A stretch of 64,000 nucleotides of DNA, taken from assembly GCA_965116905.1 (NCBI GenBank), contig OZ220732.1, forward strand, positions 1,088,001-1,152,000, given 5' to 3'. The notes under the pieces were generated by a model that did no database searches, was not told the origin of the DNA, and saw only the letters and a program-made list of their open reading frames with translations. A program made the position numbers and the translations under genes. The stretch's first letter is position 1; each line of letters starts with the position of its first letter. Origin of the DNA: Longimicrobiales bacterium. Lineage in GTDB: Bacteria; Gemmatimonadota; Gemmatimonadetes; Longimicrobiales; Gaopeijiaceae. Below are positions 56,388-64,000 of the stretch, piece after piece.

Positions 56388-57761
56388 TTAGCGTATGCCC
56401 GCGCCGCCGCCCTCCTCACTCAGGAACCAATCGAGCGCCCAGTTCCAGTCGATGCGTTCGCCGTACCACAGGGTGGTTCCGGGCCAGACCTCGATGTCCG
56501 GCCGGTCGTGCCAGCGGGTGAGGCCGAAGTCCTGGGGTGCGGGTGGCGGGCCGTTCGCCACTGCCGCTTCCCCATTGCCGTCGGGCAGCAAACCGCCGAT
56601 GTCCGGGGCCTCGGGCGCTTGCGGCATGCGCACCCCCAGCGGGTTGAAGAACCGCGGCACGCCCCCCTCGTCCATCTCCACCTGCCAGCCCCCCTCGTGG
56701 ACCGCGCGGTGATGGAGCGGGCAGAGCAGCACGAGGTTGTTCATGGCCGTGTCGCCGCCCTTGGCCCAGGGGAGGATGTGGTGGGCGTGGGTGCGGAGCC
56801 GCGATCCGCATCCGGGGAAGCGGCAGCCGCCGTCGCGTGCGTCCAGCGCCTTGCGGAGCCGCCAGTCCACGGTCCGCCGCCGCCGTCCCACGTCGAGCAC
56901 ACAGCCCCTCCTTCCCCGCCTGATCGGCACGACTTCCGCGTCGCTGGCGAGCCGCAGAGACGTTTCAGCTGAAACGCGCACGCCCTCTTCCGTGACCACG
57001 CCGGCCGCGGCTCCTCCCTCCTCGAACGAGTGGACGACGAGCTGGACCTCGGGCTTCACTTCCTCCTCCAGCCACAGGCCCAGGGCGTCGGCCCGGCGCT
57101 GGTTGGCGGTGGTCCTTTTGTGGGTGCCGGCCTCGCGCTGCTCGCGGTAGAGCTTCCGTTCGGCCACCTCGAGCGCCCGGAGCAGCATGCTGCCCACCTC
57201 GGGACTGAGCCGGCCGCGGATCTCGTAGTTGCCGTCATCGCCGGTGTAGAGGTAGAGGTGCCGGCGCTCGGCGCTCTCGGCCTGGTCGTCCGCGCTCCGG
57301 CTGAGCCTGCGCAGGTTGCGGACGAGGCGCTCAACGTGGGCGGTGGTGCCGTGGTCGGCGAAGGTGAGGAGTTCCTCCTCGTTCTCGGGCGTGGCGACGC
57401 GGGTCAGGGCCCGCGCCTTCGAGTAGGAGAGCTTCCCGCTGGACAGGGCCTTGGAGATCCGGGGCAGGGAGGCGAGGCAGCGGGCGACGCGCATCTTCTC
57501 GCGGGCGGGCCCGATCGAGATGCCGGTGCGCCAGGAGAGCCAGTGGGCGCAGGAGCGGAAGCCCTGCCAGCGCCCCTCTTCGTCGTAGGTCCTGAGCAGG
57601 CAGAGGAGCCGGTAGGTGGCGGCGTTGATGTGCGCGCAGAGCGTGGCGATCTCGTCGCCGAGCGGATCGGCGAGCGAGTTGGTGTTGGAGGAGGGGGAAG
57701 GGGCGGGCTGGCCGGCGGCGGAGGAAGTGGAGGCGGCGGAGGAAGTAGCGGAAGTAGGCAT
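56388..57761 (-). CDS. DUF222 (13E12 repeat family) protein with C-terminal HNH endonuclease
   Basis: 'SCAHWLSWRTG', 'G.LSYSKARA', 'RRADAL', 'RDGGCRFPGC..HH..W..GG.T..NLVLLCPLHH..VHEG'. Confidence 0.9.
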   Translation of the reverse strand: MPTSATSSAASTSSAAGQPAPSPSSNTNSLADPLGDEIATLCAHINAATYRLLCLLRTYDEEGRWQGFRSCAHWLSWRTGISIGPAREKMRVARCLASLPRISKALSSGKLSYSKARALTRVATPENEEELLTFADHGTTAHVERLVRNLRRLSRSADDQAESAERRHLYLYTGDDGNYEIRGRLSPEVGSMLLRALEVAERKLYREQREAGTHKRTTANQRRADALGLWLEEEVKPEVQLVVHSFEEGGAAAGVVTEEGVRVSAETSLRLASDAEVVPIRRGRRGCVLDVGRRRRTVDWRLRKALDARDGGCRFPGCGSRLRTHAHHILPWAKGGDTAMNNLVLLCPLHHRAVHEGGWQVEMDEGGVPRFFNPLGVRMPQAPEAPDIGGLLPDGNGEAAVANGPPPAPQDFGLTRWHDRPDIEVWPGTTLWYGERIDWNWALDWFLSEEGGGAGIR

Positions 57762-57809
57762 GCTTGTCTGATCCCGAAGTCTGGGGGGGGCGCGTTGTGG
57801 TCTCACTTT

Positions 57810-57837
57810 CTTATACCCCACAGTTCGGGAAATGTTC
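57810..57837 (-). promoter_or_regulatory. Putative promoter (-10 TATAAG) with GTTC-N7-GTTC direct repeat
   Basis: TATAAG on the minus strand at 57810-57815; GTTC at 57823 and 57834. Confidence 0.4.
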
Positions 57838-57996
57838 GGGAAACGGGGGAGGGCATTCGATCCGACGCGGCCACCGACCCGGATACTAAACATTTTGGTT
57901 AAGTATCTCTCCACCCGAGCCACGGTGGGCCGCGAGCCAACACTTGGCCGGGCACCGCCACGCGCCGCGAACCGCCACCCCACCGCCAGCCCCCCC

Positions 57997-58983
57997 TCAG
58001 TACACATCCAAGTCCGCCGCGGACACCACGCGGCCCGTATATCCCGCTTCACGGATCTCCCGCAGCAGGTCCTCGTCCGTCGCACCCCAGTAGAGCTGGT
58101 GGTACATGACCAGGAGCGACGGGCGGGCGCGCGCGGCGATGTCCGCAAGCTCCACCGTGGACGTGTGCGAGTCGGCATGATACCGCTGCCACTCGGGCGG
58201 ACGCCCCTGGAACGTCTCGGCCGAGTAGACCTCGTGGACCAGGATGTCGCATCCGTCGCAGGCGTCGACCAGCGACTCGCTGGGCCGCGCGTCCCCCGAG
58301 ATCACGATGGTGCGGGCCGGGGCACCGTCGGGCCCAAGCGCTTCGAAGCGGTAGCCGAGTGAGTGGGGCCACGACCCGTGCATCACGGGAATCGCGGTGA
58401 CGCGGACGTTGTCGTCCTCATAGACCGGGCCCCCCGTGGTTTCCGTGACCGGGGACCGGTATGCGTCGAGGTTGTAGTCGTGCGGCTCGAGCCCGAAGAG
58501 GCGCATGTGCACGTCTTCCTCCCATGCCTCCTGTACGTGCTCGACCATGTTGGCCGTCCCGGGCGGGCCGAAGATCAGGATCGGGTCGGGGCGCTCCAGC
58601 ACCCAGGGCGAGAAGATCACGTCCGGGAGCCCCACGGTGTGGTCCGAGTGGAGGTGTGTCAGGAAGAGGCGGTTGAGCCCGCTCGGTGCCAGAGCCTCGA
58701 TACCATGCCTGGCCGAGGCCGCGGCGGCGCGGCGAACAATGCCGGGCCCGGCGTCCACCAGGTAGGCCCGCCCCCCCGCTACAACGGCAAGCGCCGGTCC
58801 CGAGCGGTCGGGGTCCGCATTGGGCGTTCCCGTGCCGAGGATGACGAGTCGGATCTCGGCCGCCGGGCCGGCGGCGGTCGCAGTGTCGGCGGCGGCCTCC
58901 TGTGCGGAGACGGGCGTCGGGACGGCGACGGCCAGGGCGACCGCGGCCAGGGCGACCGTGGCGAGGGCGTCTCTGGTGTTCAT
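57997..58983 (-). CDS. Secreted MBL-fold hydrolase (RNase Z/arylsulfatase-like)
   Basis: 'LGTGTP', 'VDAG', 'THLHSDH', 'ISGD', 'LVHE', 'SHT', 'YH'. Confidence 0.88.
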   Translation of the reverse strand: MNTRDALATVALAAVALAVAVPTPVSAQEAAADTATAAGPAAEIRLVILGTGTPNADPDRSGPALAVVAGGRAYLVDAGPGIVRRAAAASARHGIEALAPSGLNRLFLTHLHSDHTVGLPDVIFSPWVLERPDPILIFGPPGTANMVEHVQEAWEEDVHMRLFGLEPHDYNLDAYRSPVTETTGGPVYEDDNVRVTAIPVMHGSWPHSLGYRFEALGPDGAPARTIVISGDARPSESLVDACDGCDILVHEVYSAETFQGRPPEWQRYHADSHTSTVELADIAARARPSLLVMYHQLYWGATDEDLLREIREAGYTGRVVSAADLDVY

Positions 58984-59009
58984 GCGAGGGCTCCTTGCTG
59001 CCGCTTGAA

Positions 59010-59027
59010 TCGTGAAACGTTTCACAA
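59010..59027. promoter_or_regulatory. Rex-box-like palindrome TCGTGAA-ACGT-TTCACAA
   Basis: 13/14 match to consensus, in a divergent promoter region. Confidence 0.5.
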
Positions 59028-59145
59028 GCCCAAGCTGCCGTGCCGGAGGTCCGCGTGCAAAGGGGGCGGCGCGCCAGGTGCTTGCCTGCCCGGAGCGCGC
59101 TTCCGAGTATGTCCCTCCAGCGCAACCGCAGCCGGAGACCCCAAC

Positions 59146-60207
59146 ATGCGCCCGAGACTTCCCGCGGCCAAGCCGCCGCTCTCTCTCCTCCTCCTCCTTG
59201 GACTGGCATGCGCAGCGGCTCTTCCGGCTTGCGCGCCCGCCGGCGACGCGCCCGCCGGCGACTCGGCCGATGCCGACGACGCCACAGCCCGCGGCACCCC
59301 CGCCGACGCCGCCGACCTCGCAGCCCGCGTCGAGTCCCGTCTGGCCACACTCGACGCCACCAGCTCGCTCTACGCCAAACACATTCCCACGGGGCGCGAG
59401 ATCGCGATTCGGGCCGACCTTCCCATGAACACGCTCAGCGTGATCAAGATTCCGATCATGGTGCAGGCGTTTCAGGACCACGCCGAAGGGCGGCTCGACC
59501 TGGACGCCCGCCACACCGTCGAAGCGAACGACATGCGCCGTGGCAGCGGACTCATCCAGACCTTTGCGCCCGGCCTCAGCCCCACCCTGCGCGGCCTCGT
59601 CACCCAGATGATCATCACGTCGGACAACACCGCGACCGACATGGTGATCGACCTGGTCGGGATGGACCGCGTCAACGAGATGCTCGCCGCCAACGGCTAC
59701 GAGGAGACCCGTCTCAAGCACACCACGCACCGCCTGTTCCTGGAGACGTGGATTCGGACGGACCCGGCCTACGGGGCCCTCGGCGAACGCGAAGTCTTCG
59801 AACGCGGCTTCCCGTCGGACGAGGGCGCCGCCGCGCGCTTCTTCGAAATCGAGGGCGACTCGACGATCTGGCTGGGCCGCACCACCGCGCGCGAAATGGC
59901 CCGCCTGCTGGAGCAGATCATGGACGGCGAGCTGGCCGACCAGGCCGCCAGCGACGAGATGGTGCAGATCATGAACGCGCAGTTCTACACCACGCGGCTG
60001 CCCCGGATCGTCCGCTTCCAGGGCGTCCAGGTGGCTCACAAGACCGGCGACTGGCCGCCCTACGCCGGCAACGACGTCGGCATTCTGTTCTACGACGGAG
60101 GGCCGACGATCGTCTCGGTGTTCACCAACCAGAGCCGCGGCGACTTCTACGAGCTGGAGGAGACGCTCGGGATGATCGCGCAGGACATTGTGGAGGCGTG
60201 GAGATGA
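59146..60207 (+). CDS. Class A beta-lactamase-like serine hydrolase (lipoprotein)
   Basis: SVIK (SxxK), SDN and KTG motifs. Confidence 0.88.
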   Translation: MRPRLPAAKPPLSLLLLLGLACAAALPACAPAGDAPAGDSADADDATARGTPADAADLAARVESRLATLDATSSLYAKHIPTGREIAIRADLPMNTLSVIKIPIMVQAFQDHAEGRLDLDARHTVEANDMRRGSGLIQTFAPGLSPTLRGLVTQMIITSDNTATDMVIDLVGMDRVNEMLAANGYEETRLKHTTHRLFLETWIRTDPAYGALGEREVFERGFPSDEGAAARFFEIEGDSTIWLGRTTAREMARLLEQIMDGELADQAASDEMVQIMNAQFYTTRLPRIVRFQGVQVAHKTGDWPPYAGNDVGILFYDGGPTIVSVFTNQSRGDFYELEETLGMIAQDIVEAWR

Positions 60208-61736
60208 GCCGCCCCCGACCGCCGGCAACGCTGGGGGCAGGCCCAGCGGCCGCACTCGCAATCGCCGCTTCGCTGCTGGCCGCCTGCGCGCCCCCCGACC
60301 GGCCCGTCCCGCCCGCCCTCGCCCGCGGAATCGACGCGGTCTTCGCCGACCTCGACCGGCCCGGCTCCCCCGGCGCCTCGGTGGCCGTGATCCAGGACGG
60401 CGACATCGTCTACTCGCGCGGCTACGGCGAGGCCCAGATCGAGCACGGCATCCCCGTGACCCCGCACACGGTCTTCCACGTCGCCTCCGTCTCCAAGCAG
60501 TTCGCGGCGATGGCGGTCACCCTGCTCGCCGCCGACGGCGCCCTCTCGCTCGACGATCCCGTCCGCACGCACCTCCCCTACGTGCCCGAGTTCGAGCACA
60601 CCCCCACGGTCCGCCAGATGATCCACCACACGAGCGGGATCCGCGACCAGTGGCAGCTGCTCGCGATGTCGGGCTGGCGCCTCGACGACGTGATCACGAC
60701 CGAACAGATCCTCGGCCTCATGGCCCGCCAGCAGGAGCTCAACTTCGTCCCCGGCGCCGAGTACCTCTATTCGAACATGGGGTACACGCTCCTGGGGCAG
60801 ACCGTCGAGGCCGTGAGCGGCATGTCGTTCGTGGAATTCACGCACGCCCGAATCTTCGCCCCGCTCGGAATGGACCGAACCCACTTCCACGACGACCACG
60901 AGCACATGGTCCCGGACCGCGCCTACTCGTACGCGCCGCTCCAGCCGCCCGCCGACGCCGATGTGCCCGCCGACGCCGATGCGCCCACCGACGCCGACGC
61001 CCCCCGCTACCGCAAGGCCGTCCTCAGCTACGCCAACGCCGGCGCCACCAGCCTCTTCACGACCGCCGAGGACCTGGCCCGCTGGCTCGACAACTTCCGT
61101 CACGCCACCGTCGGAGGTCCCGAGGTCATGCGGACCATGCAGGCCCGCGGCATCCTCAACAACGGCGACACGATCCCCTACGCGCACGGTCTGTCGATGG
61201 GCGAGTACCGCGGGCTGCAGACCATCGGACACGGCGGCGCCGACGCGGGATTCCGAACCCAGGTCCAGTGGTTCCCCGAGGCCGAGACGGGCGTGGTCGT
61301 GCTCACCAACGTGGCCAACGGCAATCCGGCCGGCCGCGCCCGCGACGTGGCGGACGTCGTGCTCGCCGGCTCCTTCCCCGAGGAGCAGGAGGAGGGGCAA
61401 GAGGGCGGCGCGCCTCCCACGGCCGACGATGCCGCGCCACCGGAGACACCCGGCCCCGCGGTGCTTGCGGAATACGACGGCACCTGGTACAGCCCGGAAC
61501 TCGACGCGCTGTACCATCTGAGCGTGTCGGAGGGCCGCCTTGTCGCGCGGCACGTGCGCCACGGCGAAATCGTCCTCGAATACCGCGCCCCCGACGAATT
61601 CGCGACGGATCGCTGGTTCTTCCGCAGCGTCCGCTTCGAGCGCGGCGGCGACGGCGCGGTCGGCGACATGCGCGTCGGCGGGGGACGGGTTCGCAACCTC
61701 CGCTTCGTCAGGCTCACCACACCCCTGCCCGGATAG
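60204..61736 (+). CDS. Beta-lactamase-family (class C/AmpC-like) serine hydrolase (lipoprotein)
   Basis: ATGA overlap; 'ASVSKQF', 'HTSG', 'YSN', 'HGG'; lipobox LAAC. Confidence 0.9.
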   Translation: MSRPRPPATLGAGPAAALAIAASLLAACAPPDRPVPPALARGIDAVFADLDRPGSPGASVAVIQDGDIVYSRGYGEAQIEHGIPVTPHTVFHVASVSKQFAAMAVTLLAADGALSLDDPVRTHLPYVPEFEHTPTVRQMIHHTSGIRDQWQLLAMSGWRLDDVITTEQILGLMARQQELNFVPGAEYLYSNMGYTLLGQTVEAVSGMSFVEFTHARIFAPLGMDRTHFHDDHEHMVPDRAYSYAPLQPPADADVPADADAPTDADAPRYRKAVLSYANAGATSLFTTAEDLARWLDNFRHATVGGPEVMRTMQARGILNNGDTIPYAHGLSMGEYRGLQTIGHGGADAGFRTQVQWFPEAETGVVVLTNVANGNPAGRARDVADVVLAGSFPEEQEEGQEGGAPPTADDAAPPETPGPAVLAEYDGTWYSPELDALYHLSVSEGRLVARHVRHGEIVLEYRAPDEFATDRWFFRSVRFERGGDGAVGDMRVGGGRVRNLRFVRLTTPLPG

Positions 61737-61741
61737 TCGCC

Positions 61742-63037
61742 ATGCCTCGTTCAATCACCGTCCGGGGGTGCGCCCTGCTTGCGGCGGCGTGCGCCCTGCT
61801 GGCAGCCGCGTGCTCCGCGGATCAGACCCCGTCCGAGACTCCCGAGACCGCCGAAGTCCCCGAGACCCCCGAAGTCCCCGAGCGGCCCTTCGCGGTCCCC
61901 ACGGGTCCCCATGCCATCGGAATGACCGAATACCGCTGGACGGACGCCGACCGGCCGGAACCCTTCACACGGGATCCCGACGACCTGCGGTCCGTTGCGG
62001 TGCGGGTGTGGTATCCGGCCGGGGAATCGGCGAGTGCCGGGGAGGCGGCCGGCGCCGAAGACGCACCGCGCGCCGAAGACGCACTCACCGCGATGTACCT
62101 CCCCGACCCCACCGAGTTCGGCGACGCCGAGGACTTCGAGTCCGTCACCCACGTTCGCACCAACGCGATCCTCGACGCGGCCCCCGCCGCGGGACCGTTT
62201 CCCGTGCTCGTCTACCATCACGGCGGCGGCTGGACGCGCTTCACCAGCACGTTCACGACCGAGGAACTGGCGTCCCACGGCTACGTGGTCGTCTCGGTGG
62301 GGCACAACGGCTTCAACCGCACGCTCTTCCTGCCGGACGGCGCATCGGTGGCGCCCGACACGCTCACGTTTCCGGAACCTACCGGCGACCTCCTCGCGGA
62401 CGCGCTCGGCAGCTGGGACTACCTCGACGACCACCACTTTCCCGAGTGGGTGGCGGACGCGCGCTTCGTGCTGGATCAGCTGGAGACCCTGAACGGCTCG
62501 GGTCCGTTCGCGGGGCGGCTCGACCTGGACCGCATCGGCATGTACGGGTGGTCCTTCGGGGGCGCGACCTCGATCGAGGCGAGCGTGGTCGACGAACGCG
62601 TGAAGGCGGCGATCGATCACGACGGGCAGCTCTTCGGCTCGGCCCCCACCACCGGGACTACCCGGCCCTTCATGCTGATGCACGGTGGCGAACTCCCGGA
62701 GGTGCCCCCGAGCGACGACCCGGAGGTTGCCGCCGCGAACGAAAAGGCCCTGGCGGAGCTCATGGCGCAGGTTGGCCGGACGGATTCGGCACTGAAAACG
62801 GCTTCGACCGGCGACTGGTACGACGTCACGATCGCGGGGACGAATCACGGCAGCTTCTCGGACCTCGTCCTGTTCACGCCGGCGTTTGCGGCGTCGATCG
62901 AGACGGCGCGCGGCCATGAGATCGTCAACGCGCTGACGGTGGCGTTCTTCGACCGCTACCTGAAGGGTGCCGAGGCCGCGCTGCTGGACGACCCCGCGGC
63001 GGTGTACCCGGAGGTGGAGATGGAGGCGCGAAGGTGA
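61742..63037 (+). CDS. Alpha/beta hydrolase (PAF-acetylhydrolase-like) lipoprotein
   Basis: 'VWYPA', 'FPVLVYHHG', 'ELASHGYVV', 'GWSFGG', 'HGSFSD'. Confidence 0.85.
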   Translation: MPRSITVRGCALLAAACALLAAACSADQTPSETPETAEVPETPEVPERPFAVPTGPHAIGMTEYRWTDADRPEPFTRDPDDLRSVAVRVWYPAGESASAGEAAGAEDAPRAEDALTAMYLPDPTEFGDAEDFESVTHVRTNAILDAAPAAGPFPVLVYHHGGGWTRFTSTFTTEELASHGYVVVSVGHNGFNRTLFLPDGASVAPDTLTFPEPTGDLLADALGSWDYLDDHHFPEWVADARFVLDQLETLNGSGPFAGRLDLDRIGMYGWSFGGATSIEASVVDERVKAAIDHDGQLFGSAPTTGTTRPFMLMHGGELPEVPPSDDPEVAAANEKALAELMAQVGRTDSALKTASTGDWYDVTIAGTNHGSFSDLVLFTPAFAASIETARGHEIVNALTVAFFDRYLKGAEAALLDDPAAVYPEVEMEARR

Positions 63038-63114
63038 GCGTACGTGGCACGCGGGACGCCGCGCGGGTACGACACGGCGCGGGACGCGGTGATGACGGAA
63101 AGGCGCGATCGCCC

Positions 63115-63120
63115 TATAAT
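63115..63120 (+). promoter_or_regulatory. Consensus -10 box TATAAT
   Basis: Exact TATAAT about 80 bp upstream of the next CDS in a GC-rich context. Confidence 0.5.
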
Positions 63121-63197
63121 TCTAGGTTTGCCGCGCCCGTGGGTGATCCCGTAAGCGATCCGGACGCGGCGGAATGAGCGGAGCCAAACAGCGCGAG

Positions 63198-63695
63198 ATG
63201 GAAACCACACAACTGCCTCGGAAGCATCGGGTGCGTCGCAACCTGCTCGGGACCACAGCCCTTCTGGCGGTGGCCGTCGGGGGCGGGTGCGCCACCTACC
63301 AGCAGGTCACGGTCCGGGAACTGCCGCCCCAGCAACGGGTGCGGATGCGGCTGGCCGCCGATGAACTGGCCAGGAACATCGCATTCGCGAGCGGGAACCA
63401 GGGCCACCTGAACGGCCGGTTCGTCGAGGCGCGCGGAGACTCCGCAGTCTTCATGCTTACGAATTCCACGGGTTTCAGCCAGGTGGTCCTGCCGGTGGAC
63501 GCGATTCTTCAGTTGGAGCGGAGGGATGCTGCGCAAGGGCGCAGTTTTCTCCTGTCGGTAGGGCTCGTCGGCGGCGTGGCGGCGCTGGCCTATTTCGGTT
63601 TCGAGGGCAGTCAGGGGTCCGACACTGGTGGCGACGAAGACGCCGTGGACGCGCTGGTTCCACTGGTCCGATTCACGATTCCGGTGGGCAGGTAG
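63198..63695 (+). CDS. Hypothetical lipoprotein
   Basis: Signal peptide ending 'GGGC'; C-terminal hydrophobic segment. Confidence 0.65.
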   Translation: METTQLPRKHRVRRNLLGTTALLAVAVGGGCATYQQVTVRELPPQQRVRMRLAADELARNIAFASGNQGHLNGRFVEARGDSAVFMLTNSTGFSQVVLPVDAILQLERRDAAQGRSFLLSVGLVGGVAALAYFGFEGSQGSDTGGDEDAVDALVPLVRFTIPVGR

Positions 63696-63802
63696 GCATG
63701 ACATTCGCCTTGCCGCTACTTGCGGGATCGCGTAGTGCACAGATAAGTAGTCTCGGGCGCGAAGTCCGCGTCTTTTTCGTTCCACCCCGAAATGGAGGCA
63801 TT

Positions 63803-64000
63803 ATGTCCCCAGCAAACATTGGAAAGGCGGTCGGCCGGGCCGCCGCCACTCCCCTTCTCGCCGCAGCCTTGATGGCCGTGACGGTGCAGGCGCCCCTGGC
63901 GGCGCAGACCGGTACGGTCACTGGCGTGGTGCGAAGCGTGACCAACGGGCAGCCCATCGCGGGCGCCCAGGTCTCCATCCCGGCGCTCAACACCGGGATC
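63803..64000 (+). CDS. SusC/TonB-dependent receptor-like protein, N-terminal part (runs off the window)
   Basis: RBS GGAGG; signal peptide; 'QTGTVTGVVRSVTNGQPIAGAQVSI'. Confidence 0.75.
   Translation, partial: MSPANIGKAVGRAAATPLLAAALMAVTVQAPLAAQTGTVTGVVRSVTNGQPIAGAQVSIPALNTGI

Larger units (their letters stand above)
56370..57907. mobile_element. Putative mobile unit: DUF222-HNH gene bounded by 22-bp imperfect inverted repeats
   Basis: 56370-56391 GATACTTAACAATATTGTTTAG matches the reverse complement of 57886-57907 (GATACTTAACCAAAATGTTTAG) at 19/22. Confidence 0.55.

Noticed and set aside
59010..59027. parS site
   Set aside because: The half-sites are in the opposite arrangement to TGTTTCACGTGAAACA; a Rex/CRP-type box fits better.
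59146..61736. Bona fide antibiotic-resistance beta-lactamases
   Set aside because: Only the generic SxxK-family motifs are present, and the class A omega-loop signature is not evident.

Overview
GC-rich, gene-dense bacterial window with about 55 CDS. I could not recognise any rRNA, tRNA, CRISPR array, transposase or integrase. The gene repertoire (6-bladed beta-propeller proteins, TonB/SusC-like proteins, Tat-exported enzymes, AAA_14/DUF4143 ATPases, DUF222-HNH) resembles Gemmatimonadota such as marine or sponge-associated lineages; this is inference only. Main content: an operon of two GcvT/DmdA-like proteins around two phytoene-desaturase-like flavoproteins; cysD and cysNC split by a two-gene insert; a GMC dehydrogenase with a Tat small subunit; DUF1326/DUF2182; lutABC; an acyl-CoA/transporter operon; an A1-type cytochrome c oxidase operon; a BKACE and 3-hydroxyacyl-CoA dehydrogenase pair; a secreted hydrolase cluster; and two toxin-antitoxin loci, one broken. 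Most striking unexplained structures: (1) a DUF222-HNH gene bounded by 22-bp self-palindromic inverted repeats (56370-57907); (2) a 17-bp degenerate direct repeat bracketing the insert between cysD and cysNC; (3) a 23-bp-period repeat array upstream of an ATPase-nuclease gene; (4) a CxxCH motif in a Tat-exported FMN alpha-hydroxy-acid oxidase; (5) three Rex-box-like palindromes; (6) pervasive short tandem micro-duplications. All family assignments come from motif recognition by eye, not database searches.
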